The position numbers and the translations under genes are program-made. A model generated the notes under the pieces. It was not told where the DNA came from, searched no databases, and saw only the letters and a program-made list of their open reading frames with translations. From positions 1 through 64,000 of the IMG/VR virus record IMGVR_UViG_3300028048_000112: a DNA stretch of 64,000 nt. One strand, given 5' to 3'. Positions 50,135-58,986 of this stretch are shown here, piece after piece. Origin of the DNA: a virus. Its lineage: Duplodnaviria > Caudoviricetes. Numbering within the stretch: position 1 is the first letter of the stretch; every line of letters starts with the position of its first letter.

Positions 50135-52288
50135 ATGGCTGAGATTGATATAGATAGTAGTTTGAAAACTAATCAAACTGCTGCTGAAGCATATAATGAC
50201 TTTAACGTCGATAGAGCCGGTTTATATGAAAATACGATGAATGAACGTATGCAAAACAATAACAACATCTATCGACATGAAAATTTCGATGTGTATATAA
50301 AAGACGTTATGACTGGTCAAACTATTCCTTATATGACTACTTTGGATCCTATAAGAATGGCTAGAGCTGGTAATAATCCTGAAGATGATGCTTCACTTGT
50401 ATATAAGCACAATATAAGTTCTAGTACATTAGGTCAAATGCGTGTTAATTCATCAGACCATTTTAATGCTAGATCATGTGTAGAAGCATTAGGATTATAT
50501 ACTACCACATACATAAAAGAACAAGTTATGAATATGGGAGATAAAAACTCAGATTTGGGTGCTATGGAAGATCGTACAGCAGTAAATAACATGACCTTCC
50601 GTAATTATCTTAAAACCGGCACAATGCAAGATGCTGCTGGTCGACCTGTAATCAAAATGAACAGCGAAGATCAAAAGGATTATGAACGTGTTCCTGCTAA
50701 CTTAGGAATAGGTTTAGGTGAAGCATTTGTATTAAATCCTGTATTCCAATTCAATAAACGTGATGATCCTAGAACTAATCCAGTTTATACAAAAATAGGT
50801 CGTGTATATTCTACAAGAGTTATGAATAACTGGCCTATAGCACTATTTCAACCCGGACGATTAAAATATAATACCGGATTTATGAAATTGATTGGTCTTT
50901 TCGGTGGCGCAGGACCTAACGAAGCTTACATTAGATCTGGTGGCGAAGGTTTAATGGGAATCATTTCGACATTCTTGACCACTCTTACAGATATTGGCGC
51001 AACCATTGGTGCTATTGGTAGTGCAGTATTTGGTGGATCTAAACTTGTTGAATTCCGTCAAGCAATTAAACTATTTAACGTTTATTATAGATCATTCTTA
51101 ATCTCACTTTCTCAAATGATGGGTTTGTGGCATAACAATCCTGAAGGTAAATATGTCTATGGAGGACATGTAGACGATTTACAAATATGGAATATGCTAC
51201 CAACATTACATATGAATGGATTTCTTAGTAGATTCTTAAATGCTCAATTCATTCCATTCCGTTGTCAGAAAGGAATGATTGGTAGCGAAACATTCAGCAA
51301 TAATACTGAAGAAAACCCGTTGATGGAAGAGATGAACTCTCAAGCTACACAAAATGATGATACTGTTTCTCAAGGTAGTGTAGGATCATGGATTCAAGAC
51401 AAACTTAAAGGTGTTTTGGGGCAATTCTCTGATAAAGCTGCTGTTCTTGCTGGTAACGGACGTATTACATTACCTAACGTTTATTCATCTTCTTCATTCT
51501 CAAGATCATTTAACTGCGATTTCGAATTCCATTATCCGTATGGTGATGTTCTTGGTAAGTTTGAAAATCTTTATATACCATTAATTACATTATTGACTAT
51601 GGGATTACCTAGACAGACTGGTAAATTGGTATACACATCTCCATTTGCAGTAAGAGTATTTGTTAAGAATCATATTATGATAAACTTTGGGATGATACAA
51701 TCTATTTCTGTAACTAGAGGTGGAGATTCTAATGACTGGGGTCCAGATGGTTATCCTAAAACATTGAAAGTTACTGTTACTATACAAGATATGGAACCTA
51801 ATATTTCATTGCCATTATCTGCACGTGGTCCTCTTCGTTGGGGTCTTGAAACACTATTCCCTGCATCAGGATTCTCAGAATATCTGGCTACTCTTGGTGG
51901 TTTGGAAATAGATCAGTTACTATCTAACTCCAAAGATGGTTCTTTTAAACGTGCAATGAATGTATTCCGTTCATCATGGTCAGCAAAATTGAATCCTGAC
52001 AATATGTTAGCTTCTATTGTTAACTGCAGACCTATAGCAAGCATAATGTCATACTTTAGAGCAACAGATATGGAATCTATCAATAGAGCTGGAGACTTGA
52101 ATAGAATTTGGCAAGATAATGCTAATGAATCTCTTTCAAATCCTATGGCATTCTCTCCAGAATCATTCCACTCTATGATGGATTTGGGTGGTGCTACTAA
52201 AGTCAATAAGGATAGTCAAGCTGGTGAAACTCAGGTTACACAAGCTATTAACGCTGAATCTAATCCAGCATTTAGAAACAATTCTTGA
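50135..52288 (+). CDS. Baseplate hub / tail-tube cap protein (T4 gp48/54-like C-terminal fold)
   Basis: SSFSRSFNCDFEF...YTSPFAVRV...GMIQSISVTRGG...DGYPKTLKVTVTIQDM; late motif at 50099-50110. Confidence 0.6.
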   Translation: MAEIDIDSSLKTNQTAAEAYNDFNVDRAGLYENTMNERMQNNNNIYRHENFDVYIKDVMTGQTIPYMTTLDPIRMARAGNNPEDDASLVYKHNISSSTLGQMRVNSSDHFNARSCVEALGLYTTTYIKEQVMNMGDKNSDLGAMEDRTAVNNMTFRNYLKTGTMQDAAGRPVIKMNSEDQKDYERVPANLGIGLGEAFVLNPVFQFNKRDDPRTNPVYTKIGRVYSTRVMNNWPIALFQPGRLKYNTGFMKLIGLFGGAGPNEAYIRSGGEGLMGIISTFLTTLTDIGATIGAIGSAVFGGSKLVEFRQAIKLFNVYYRSFLISLSQMMGLWHNNPEGKYVYGGHVDDLQIWNMLPTLHMNGFLSRFLNAQFIPFRCQKGMIGSETFSNNTEENPLMEEMNSQATQNDDTVSQGSVGSWIQDKLKGVLGQFSDKAAVLAGNGRITLPNVYSSSSFSRSFNCDFEFHYPYGDVLGKFENLYIPLITLLTMGLPRQTGKLVYTSPFAVRVFVKNHIMINFGMIQSISVTRGGDSNDWGPDGYPKTLKVTVTIQDMEPNISLPLSARGPLRWGLETLFPASGFSEYLATLGGLEIDQLLSNSKDGSFKRAMNVFRSSWSAKLNPDNMLASIVNCRPIASIMSYFRATDMESINRAGDLNRIWQDNANESLSNPMAFSPESFHSMMDLGGATKVNKDSQAGETQVTQAINAESNPAFRNNS

Positions 52289-52380
52289 AATATTTGTTAA
52301 ATATGCTAGGGATCCAATCCCTAGCATATATTTTATTTACGAATTTACAATTTTATATACTATATCGAGGTTAACCAACT

Positions 52381-53586
52381 ATGCGCATAGCCGATACAAA
52401 TTTCAATTCAATATCACTTGGTTCTGATTCTAATAGAGATACTATAGGAATAGTATTCAAAACCTCTGCAGAATTAAATAATAGACCGTTGTTAGGTTTA
52501 ATTATTCCTAAATTCATGATAGGTTACGACTTTAGAAATGGTGATAAACCGTCAGATACAGATCTCAAAATTTCTGGTTCTAAATGTATTAATGACGAAT
52601 CGTGTAAGAAATTCTGGGATACAGACATAAACATTAAGAACTATATATTAGTAAGACCTTATTTAAATCAAAACATTTCGATGCCTTTGTATACTGTTGG
52701 AGATAAGGTTATTGTAACTGTGATTGATAATGATATAAAAACGTTAGCATTTTTACCATATTCAATCAATCGTCTTGGTCAAAGAGCTACTGATAAATTT
52801 ATGGCTTCGGTTCCAGCTAATCCTAAAGAAAACACATCATTGACTGAAAATAACACATACTTTATTAAACTTGATTCAAAAGCTAAAGTTCTTATTCTTT
52901 CAACATCAAAAGAAAATGGAGAAACTGCTGCTCAAACAATAGGTATGGATCCAGGAAATGGTCAAATTGCTATTACAGATAACGATAAGCTTGTTTGGAT
53001 GATGGATACTAATCAAGATGCTATAACAAGTAAAACGTCTGGAACAACTATCGAGCAAAAGTCTAATGCTATAACAATGACTGGAGATATCATTAACCTG
53101 AATGGTGAATCTCAAGTTAATATAAAAACTGATGCTATGAATGTAGATTCAAATACGATAAAATCTAAAGCAACGGACGCTAAATATGAATACGATTCAT
53201 TTACACATACTAGTCAAATGGGTAAATGGGAAGTAGATACTGAAGAGCATAGTAATATGGCAATGGCTGTAAAAGCTTCAACATATCATAATGATACACC
53301 AATAATAGGTTTGAATGGAAATACAATATTCCCATCATTTACAATTGGTGCTGTACCAAATATAAACGTTCCTGTAGCTCCTACAGCAGGATTATCAGGT
53401 CCTCAAGGATCAATGCTAATGCAAACAGATCCTGGTGCTGTACCATTAGTAAAATTCCCGCAATTGGTTCCGATATTACGTGCTATTGCTTCTGCGGCAG
53501 ATTCTTATCCATCTGGTGGTGGTTCAGCTTCTGCAGCTGTTGCACAATTGGCTAATGCTGCTACTACGAAAATGATGTCATCGTGA
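52381..53586 (+). CDS. Baseplate central spike (gp5/VgrG-like OB fold plus beta-helix)
   Basis: The OB-like PLYTVGDKVIVT segment is followed by short beta-repeat segments; baseplate context. Confidence 0.55.
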   Translation: MRIADTNFNSISLGSDSNRDTIGIVFKTSAELNNRPLLGLIIPKFMIGYDFRNGDKPSDTDLKISGSKCINDESCKKFWDTDINIKNYILVRPYLNQNISMPLYTVGDKVIVTVIDNDIKTLAFLPYSINRLGQRATDKFMASVPANPKENTSLTENNTYFIKLDSKAKVLILSTSKENGETAAQTIGMDPGNGQIAITDNDKLVWMMDTNQDAITSKTSGTTIEQKSNAITMTGDIINLNGESQVNIKTDAMNVDSNTIKSKATDAKYEYDSFTHTSQMGKWEVDTEEHSNMAMAVKASTYHNDTPIIGLNGNTIFPSFTIGAVPNINVPVAPTAGLSGPQGSMLMQTDPGAVPLVKFPQLVPILRAIASAADSYPSGGGSASAAVAQLANAATTKMMSS

Positions 53587-53596
53587 GGTAAAAAAA

Positions 53597-54037
53597 ATGA
53601 ATTTAACTACTATACACAACAATAATCAAAGCTTTTCTTCTACAGTAATTCAACAAATACGAAATAGTGCAAACATAGAAAAAGCTTCATATCCTGAAAG
53701 ATATACTAATCCAGAATTAAACAAATTCACAACTAGCAATTTGAATATGATTCTTAGAGATAATATTCTTATTGGTAAATATTTTAACAAAATCAAATCT
53801 ACTGCTAGAACAATAACTCTATCAAGAGAATTGAATATCCGCTATAGATTTAAACCAGAATTGTTAGCTTCTGATGAATTTGGTATGCCAGGTTTATGGT
53901 ATGTAATACTTAAACTAAATGGTTGTGAAGATTTTTCCGAATTCCACGATTTACAGTATGTTATAGTACCAGATTTACATACTATAACACAATGTATTCT
54001 CGATGAAGAATACATACTAGAAAAAGAAGTTTTATAA
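53597..54037 (+). CDS. Baseplate wedge LysM-like protein (T4 gp53-like)
   Basis: YRFKPELLASDEFGMPGLWYVILKLNG matches the gp53/LysM pattern. Confidence 0.7.
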   Translation: MNLTTIHNNNQSFSSTVIQQIRNSANIEKASYPERYTNPELNKFTTSNLNMILRDNILIGKYFNKIKSTARTITLSRELNIRYRFKPELLASDEFGMPGLWYVILKLNGCEDFSEFHDLQYVIVPDLHTITQCILDEEYILEKEVL

Positions 54038-54070
54038 AAAAAAAGAAGGGCTTAACAGCCCTTCTTTTAA

Positions 54071-54637
54071 TTAAAATTCAATCACGTTTAGGTTAAACCT
54101 TTTAGACATCGTATAAGAGAGATTCTTTTTCATAACCTCTTTTTCTTTATCTGTATAAGGTCTATAACCTAAGAGAGTTTTCTTATAGTAGGATGATAAT
54201 GCGTAATTTACAATTTCGCTATTGAGAAACGCATTCTTACGAATCCCAAGTTTATTGAACGCATACTTGTCAGCTTCTTGCTCGAGTTTCATGTCATTGC
54301 ACTCATAGTTTTTGTGTCCTAATACAATGTGGCCAATCTCATGCCATAACACAAAACGTTTTGCTGTTCCTCTCGTATCACCATTCTTAACATGACGAAC
54401 GATATAATGACGAGAAGCTGTGAATTTATTCTTCTTAAGAGAATAAGTTATAGTTCGTTCAAATGCTGAACCTCCTCCACAAGAAGATAATACTTTCTTA
54501 GTTTTTCTAGACAACTTGATCGAGTTGTCTAAGAAAATCTTGTCGAAATCGACATTTATGACAGTGATCTCATGATTTTCAACTTTCATGGTCTCAATAT
54601 CACCAATGCCGATTAACACCTCCAAATCTCTATTCAT
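54071..54637 (-). CDS. HExxH zinc-metalloprotease-like protein (HEIGH family, copy 3)
   Basis: VLWHEIGHIVLGH...LEQEADKYA; GGAGGAG SD. Confidence 0.7.
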   Translation of the reverse strand: MNRDLEVLIGIGDIETMKVENHEITVINVDFDKIFLDNSIKLSRKTKKVLSSCGGGSAFERTITYSLKKNKFTASRHYIVRHVKNGDTRGTAKRFVLWHEIGHIVLGHKNYECNDMKLEQEADKYAFNKLGIRKNAFLNSEIVNYALSSYYKKTLLGYRPYTDKEKEVMKKNLSYTMSKRFNLNVIEF

Positions 54638-54652
54638 CTTTAATACTCCTCC

Positions 54653-54931
54653 TTAGTATTTTAATGAGACCGATTCGAAATAACGCTCAGCGTCGAGCTT
54701 CGCACCTTCCAGCGTCATATAACGATTCCTGATGTTAAACTTAGGATAATCTTCAGGATCAATATCCACTTCGTCTTTAACACATATTGATCCCCAATAA
54801 TATCCTTCATTATTTTCTTCAGGAAATACAGCTACTATAATACGATTACTGTAATTGTCCTCGTATTCCCAGTATTGAATGGCTTTTTCATAAAGTTCAT
54901 TCAAATCGACTTTGATCGATTCTATAATCAT
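54653..54931 (-). CDS. Small acidic hypothetical protein (early cassette)
   Basis: Start reassigned behind an AAAGGAG SD; early motif at 54977-54988. Confidence 0.65.
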   Translation of the reverse strand: MIIESIKVDLNELYEKAIQYWEYEDNYSNRIIVAVFPEENNEGYYWGSICVKDEVDIDPEDYPKFNIRNRYMTLEGAKLDAERYFESVSLKY

Positions 54932-55051
54932 AATTACTCCTTTGGATAGATATAGTTTTCTTGTTCTACCCATTAATATAATATATAAATAATAAAAAAA
55001 TAAAGGCAGTCATTAATGACTGCCTTTATTTATAGATCAAGAAAATGTTTA

Positions 55052-55591
55052 TTAATGATTGTGAATATATAAATCTTTTCTATATAAAGCACTTTTGCAT
55101 CTACAGATATTCCACCATTCATTCATTTCTTTCTGATCATCTTCTGTAAATGTCATGCCAGATAACATTATAGCTTCATCTTGATCTATAGTACCTTTTC
55201 CTAATTTAGTCATAATAGATTTTTTCAACCATTCATCTTCTAGTTTCATTATAGTAACAAAATTCTTTAAAGTTATGAACCTAGAAAAGTTTTTTCTAAA
55301 ATATCGTCGATATTTATTAAATTTAAGAACTAGATCTTTATTAGATTCGTAATATTTTTTGGACCGTTCAAGATATTTGTCTTTATGAGTTTCACGATAA
55401 TTTTTACAATATTCTCTTTTCTCTTCCTTATGATTCTCATAATACTTTTTACAATATTTCTTATTATACTCTTTATAAATCTCGCGATATTTTTTTCTGT
55501 CTTCTTTATGAGATTCACGATAATTTTTATAATAATCTTTATGAGTCTCATAATGCTTCTTCCAATATTCTCTTTTCTCTTCATTATTCAT
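55052..55591 (-). CDS. Basic YY(E/K)xHK-repeat protein, paralog A
   Basis: N-terminal K/R/Y/E repeats and a C-terminal domain almost identical to paralog B; start reassigned to ATG 55591. Confidence 0.75.
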   Translation of the reverse strand: MNNEEKREYWKKHYETHKDYYKNYRESHKEDRKKYREIYKEYNKKYCKKYYENHKEEKREYCKNYRETHKDKYLERSKKYYESNKDLVLKFNKYRRYFRKNFSRFITLKNFVTIMKLEDEWLKKSIMTKLGKGTIDQDEAIMLSGMTFTEDDQKEMNEWWNICRCKSALYRKDLYIHNH

Positions 55592-55949
55592 CTCCAATAC
55601 TCCTTTTGAGCAGGTTTGATTTTTTTTTATCCTACTCATTAATATAATATATAAATAATAAAAAAATAAAGGCAGTCTTAAAAAGACTGCCTTTATTTAT
55701 GGATTAAGAAAAAGCGCTTTTACATCTACAGATGTTCCACCATTCATTCATTTCTTTCTGATCATCTTCTGTAAATGTCATGCCAGATAACATTATAGCT
55801 TCATCTTGATCTATAGTACCTTTTCCTAATTTAGTCATAATAGAACGTTTCAACCATTCATCTTCCAGTTTCATTATAGTAACAAAATTCTTTAAAGTTA
55901 TGAACCTAGAAAAGTTTTTTCTAAAATATCGTCGATATTTATTAAATTT
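55086..55949. repeat. Direct repeat of about 240 nt (55086-55325 and 55711-55949), plus duplicated promoter/terminator blocks
   Basis: The 3' halves of the two paralogs are near-identical, and the CATTAATATAATATATAAATAATAAAAAAATAAAGGCAGTC block occurs at both 54971 and 55637. Confidence 0.9.
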
Positions 55950-56258
55950 GAGAATTTGATCTCTATGAGATTCACGATATTTTTTAGCTTGTTCTTTTTG
56001 CTTTTCGCTACGATTCTCATAATACTTTTTATAATGGTCTTTATGAGCCTCGTAATATTTTTTAGCTTTGGCTTTTTGATTTTCTTTATGAGTCTCATAA
56101 TACTCTTTCCAATGTTTCTTCGTATACTCTTTCCTTTCTTCTTTATGAGTCTCATAATACTTTTTCCAATGTTTCTTCATATACTCTTTCCTTTCTTCTT
56201 TATGAGTCTCATAATACTTTTTCTGGTATTCTTTGTTCTTTTCCTTATCCTTAATCAT
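55704..56258 (-). CDS. Basic YYETHK-repeat protein, paralog B
   Basis: 19-aa (57-nt) tandem unit EY(M/T)KKHWK(K/E)YYETHKEERK; C-terminus shared with paralog A. Confidence 0.75.
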   Translation of the reverse strand: MIKDKEKNKEYQKKYYETHKEERKEYMKKHWKKYYETHKEERKEYTKKHWKEYYETHKENQKAKAKKYYEAHKDHYKKYYENRSEKQKEQAKKYRESHRDQILKFNKYRRYFRKNFSRFITLKNFVTIMKLEDEWLKRSIMTKLGKGTIDQDEAIMLSGMTFTEDDQKEMNEWWNICRCKSAFS

Positions 56259-56325
56259 ATATTTAATACTCCTTTTGAATAGGTTTGGATTTTATTTTCC
56301 TATTCATTAATATAATATATAACTA

Positions 56326-56372
56326 AAAAAAGAAATCCTACTCACACCTTTCGGTGCTTTCGGATTTCTTTT
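56326..56372 (-). ncRNA. Loop-E (AGUA/GAA) terminator hairpin, copy 3
   Basis: AAAGAAAUCC-GAAAG-CACC-GAAA-GGUG-UGAGUA-GGAUUUCUUU-UUU. Confidence 0.7.
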
Positions 56373-56388
56373 AGAGACTACTTTTGGA

Positions 56389-56589
56389 TCACCATCCAAA
56401 TACAACTTTTCTCAATTTAATGAAGAAAGTTTTTACTGTGATCCAAATCTTCTTTACCACTCTAACTGGCAAAGAAGATCTTTTGTCAGATGACCAGCTC
56501 TCGAGCTCTTCGAGACTGATCGTGTGATACTTACCATTGCGGATGTTATCAGCAATGATTTCCGCCAGAACGTTGTTTACCGTATTCAT
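56389..56589 (-). CDS. 66-aa hypothetical protein with a basic amphipathic C-terminus (early cassette)
   Basis: Start reassigned to ATG 56589 behind a GAGG SD; bipartite promoter at 56646-56681. Confidence 0.65.
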   Translation of the reverse strand: MNTVNNVLAEIIADNIRNGKYHTISLEELESWSSDKRSSLPVRVVKKIWITVKTFFIKLRKVVFGW

Positions 56590-56727
56590 ATAATACCTCT
56601 TGAAGATAGGGATTGAGATTTTGGTTGTTTCCCCTTCTTCAGTATTATAATATATAAGTGGGGGGGGGGATTGAACAGAAATAAATATAGTGACTCTGGA
56701 ATAATCCAGAGTCACTTATATGTTAAA

Positions 56728-58968
56728 TTAGTTAATCAGTGTACTTTTTACTCTAGCAGATTCATCTTCAGATAGCAATCCGAGTTTATATGCAGCAACG
56801 AATGTTGTTGTTAAAGCTTTAGCTTTATTCAAAACTACGAGAGCTTCAGAAGAATTAGAAACATCTACCTTTTCTGTACATTTAGTAAGAATACGTTCAA
56901 ACAAGTTAGTATTGATTTTAGTAGTATCTACTTCATCAACAACGAATTCTACAAGATCATCAATATTGAAATTGATTACTGTAGATTTACCTTTAAACGT
57001 TTCTTTGTACCTATTCTTAATATCTTTTTTAACTTTTTCGATTTCATCAGCATAGCAGAATCCATAAGCATCGATGTCTTTCAAACTGTTGAGTTTAATC
57101 TTGTCTGGAGAATCAGTATTCTCACTCTTTGACAAGAAGACCTGCATGTTAACAAAGTCATCAATAGGACACACTGCTTCCATAGAGTTGAGAGCTGTAA
57201 TCTTATTTTCAACATCGATCTTTTCACCTGGTTCAAGATCAAACATCTTTTCATTAAGAAGTTCTTCAAGATAACCAAGCTGATTCTTATTACCAATTAC
57301 ATCGATACCATTTTTAATATCGTTCTGAATATCTGTAATCTTTAAACCAAGTTTAAAGATTTCTGCAAGTTCATGTTCATGTAATTCCTCTTTAGAAATA
57401 GCAGGATCAGCTTTATCTCTGATAATCTTGTTATTGAAAAGAGAGTTTACTGCGTTCTGAACGTGATCGTCTGTTCTCTGATACTTACCATCAAGAATAC
57501 CGACAATTCCAAGATCACCAAGGAATGTATCTGTAGCATCTTTGATACTATTTACCTGATCAATCTGTTTTTCAAGTTTCTTATTCAACTCATCAGCGGT
57601 TACACCGTCGATAGGAGAAGACTCATTAGAAAGAAGAGATTTAAGTTCTGCTGAACGACGTCCTACAGAATCGAAGAAGTGCTTACCGTTATCTGGTGTG
57701 AGAGCAAGGAATGCTATCAGATTACGTTTAGGATTAATGATTCTACCATTGAATCTTTCACAAGAAAGTGGGAAGAAATCTTTAGCAAGTGCTTCTTCTG
57801 TAAGTTCATCGGCTTTAATTTCAGGAACTTCACTAGTACCATACTGGAATTTGTCGACATCTACGGTTATTTCTTTAACAGAATCAGGGTCATCAGCATC
57901 ATCAAAATCGGAATAACCATCATCAGAATCATTGTCTTCAGAGGTACCATAGTCGTCATCACCACCGTTATCATCGTCATAATTGTCGTAGTCATCATCT
58001 TCTGTAGAATTCATATCATCGCTGTCTGTGTCAGATGTTGACATCGTTTCGTGATTTGCAGGAACCGCATCTGAATCAATACCATCATCAAGCTGACGGA
58101 ATTCTTTAAGAATATCCTCAGCAGTTTGCTTAGAGAATGAGTTTTCATCGAATGTCGATTCATTCAATGCTTCTGTAGAAGAGATATTTGCATCGACGAC
58201 TTTATAAAGATCGTTCTTTGTAAAGGTTTTGGTACTCTTTTTAGCTTCGACCAACCAACCTTCTGTACCCATATCTTCATCTTTCTTATTGGTTTCACCA
58301 TCTTTAGAATCACCATTGATTTCATTTTCGAAATCCTGTTTAAGTTCACCAATCTCTGTTACAGCATCACGAACGATTTTGTTTTTAGCTTCTGTAGCAG
58401 TTGTGAGTTTGAGAACATCTTTTTTAAGTTCTTCTACGATTGATCCACCTTCGATAGAAAGACATGTTTTCATCTGAGCTTTGAAGTTTTCTTTGTTAGC
58501 AAACTCATCTTCAAACATCAGATTCTCGAAAGTTTTTTCAATGTATGTAAGACATTCTTCTGAGCTAAGATTATCGAGTTTACCAGCTTCGAACTCAGCT
58601 TCAAGAGTATTAAGTCTGTCTTGAGACTCATTATAGATATGTGTAGCCAAAAGTTTTTGTACAGATTCGCTGAAATCTTCAGGATTTACAATCTCTCTTG
58701 CCATATCTACATCATGAAGTTTATTTGTTTCATCAACAAATGCGTTGTTGATAATCTTTTTGGTAGCTTCAGCAATACTGTGTGTAGATTCCTTAAAAAT
58801 AGCCTCTTTAGTTCCAAGACTTGTACCTTCAGGAATCTTAAGTACAGTTGACTGCTTAACAAGTTTTGTCATAAAACCGTTAAGATATTCTTCAAAGGCA
58901 CGTTCTTTCCATTCATCTGCACGTATCCTGGCAGCTGCCATAAAATCGGATTTACTATCATTAAGCAT
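56728..58968 (-). CDS. Acidic internal head protein candidate
   Basis: 746 aa with many S-x-E motifs (SSEE, SIEG, GTEG, STEA, SNES, SMEA, SSEA) and a central Asp-rich linker. Confidence 0.55.
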   Translation of the reverse strand: MLNDSKSDFMAAARIRADEWKERAFEEYLNGFMTKLVKQSTVLKIPEGTSLGTKEAIFKESTHSIAEATKKIINNAFVDETNKLHDVDMAREIVNPEDFSESVQKLLATHIYNESQDRLNTLEAEFEAGKLDNLSSEECLTYIEKTFENLMFEDEFANKENFKAQMKTCLSIEGGSIVEELKKDVLKLTTATEAKNKIVRDAVTEIGELKQDFENEINGDSKDGETNKKDEDMGTEGWLVEAKKSTKTFTKNDLYKVVDANISSTEALNESTFDENSFSKQTAEDILKEFRQLDDGIDSDAVPANHETMSTSDTDSDDMNSTEDDDYDNYDDDNGGDDDYGTSEDNDSDDGYSDFDDADDPDSVKEITVDVDKFQYGTSEVPEIKADELTEEALAKDFFPLSCERFNGRIINPKRNLIAFLALTPDNGKHFFDSVGRRSAELKSLLSNESSPIDGVTADELNKKLEKQIDQVNSIKDATDTFLGDLGIVGILDGKYQRTDDHVQNAVNSLFNNKIIRDKADPAISKEELHEHELAEIFKLGLKITDIQNDIKNGIDVIGNKNQLGYLEELLNEKMFDLEPGEKIDVENKITALNSMEAVCPIDDFVNMQVFLSKSENTDSPDKIKLNSLKDIDAYGFCYADEIEKVKKDIKNRYKETFKGKSTVINFNIDDLVEFVVDEVDTTKINTNLFERILTKCTEKVDVSNSSEALVVLNKAKALTTTFVAAYKLGLLSEDESARVKSTLIN

Positions 58969-58986
58969 TGTTTTCTCCTCAATTTA

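Noticed and set aside
56080-56225. Tandem DNA repeats resembling a CRISPR array
   Set aside because: The 57-nt units are in frame, have no unique spacers and encode a peptide repeat. No CRISPR array or cas gene was seen in the window.
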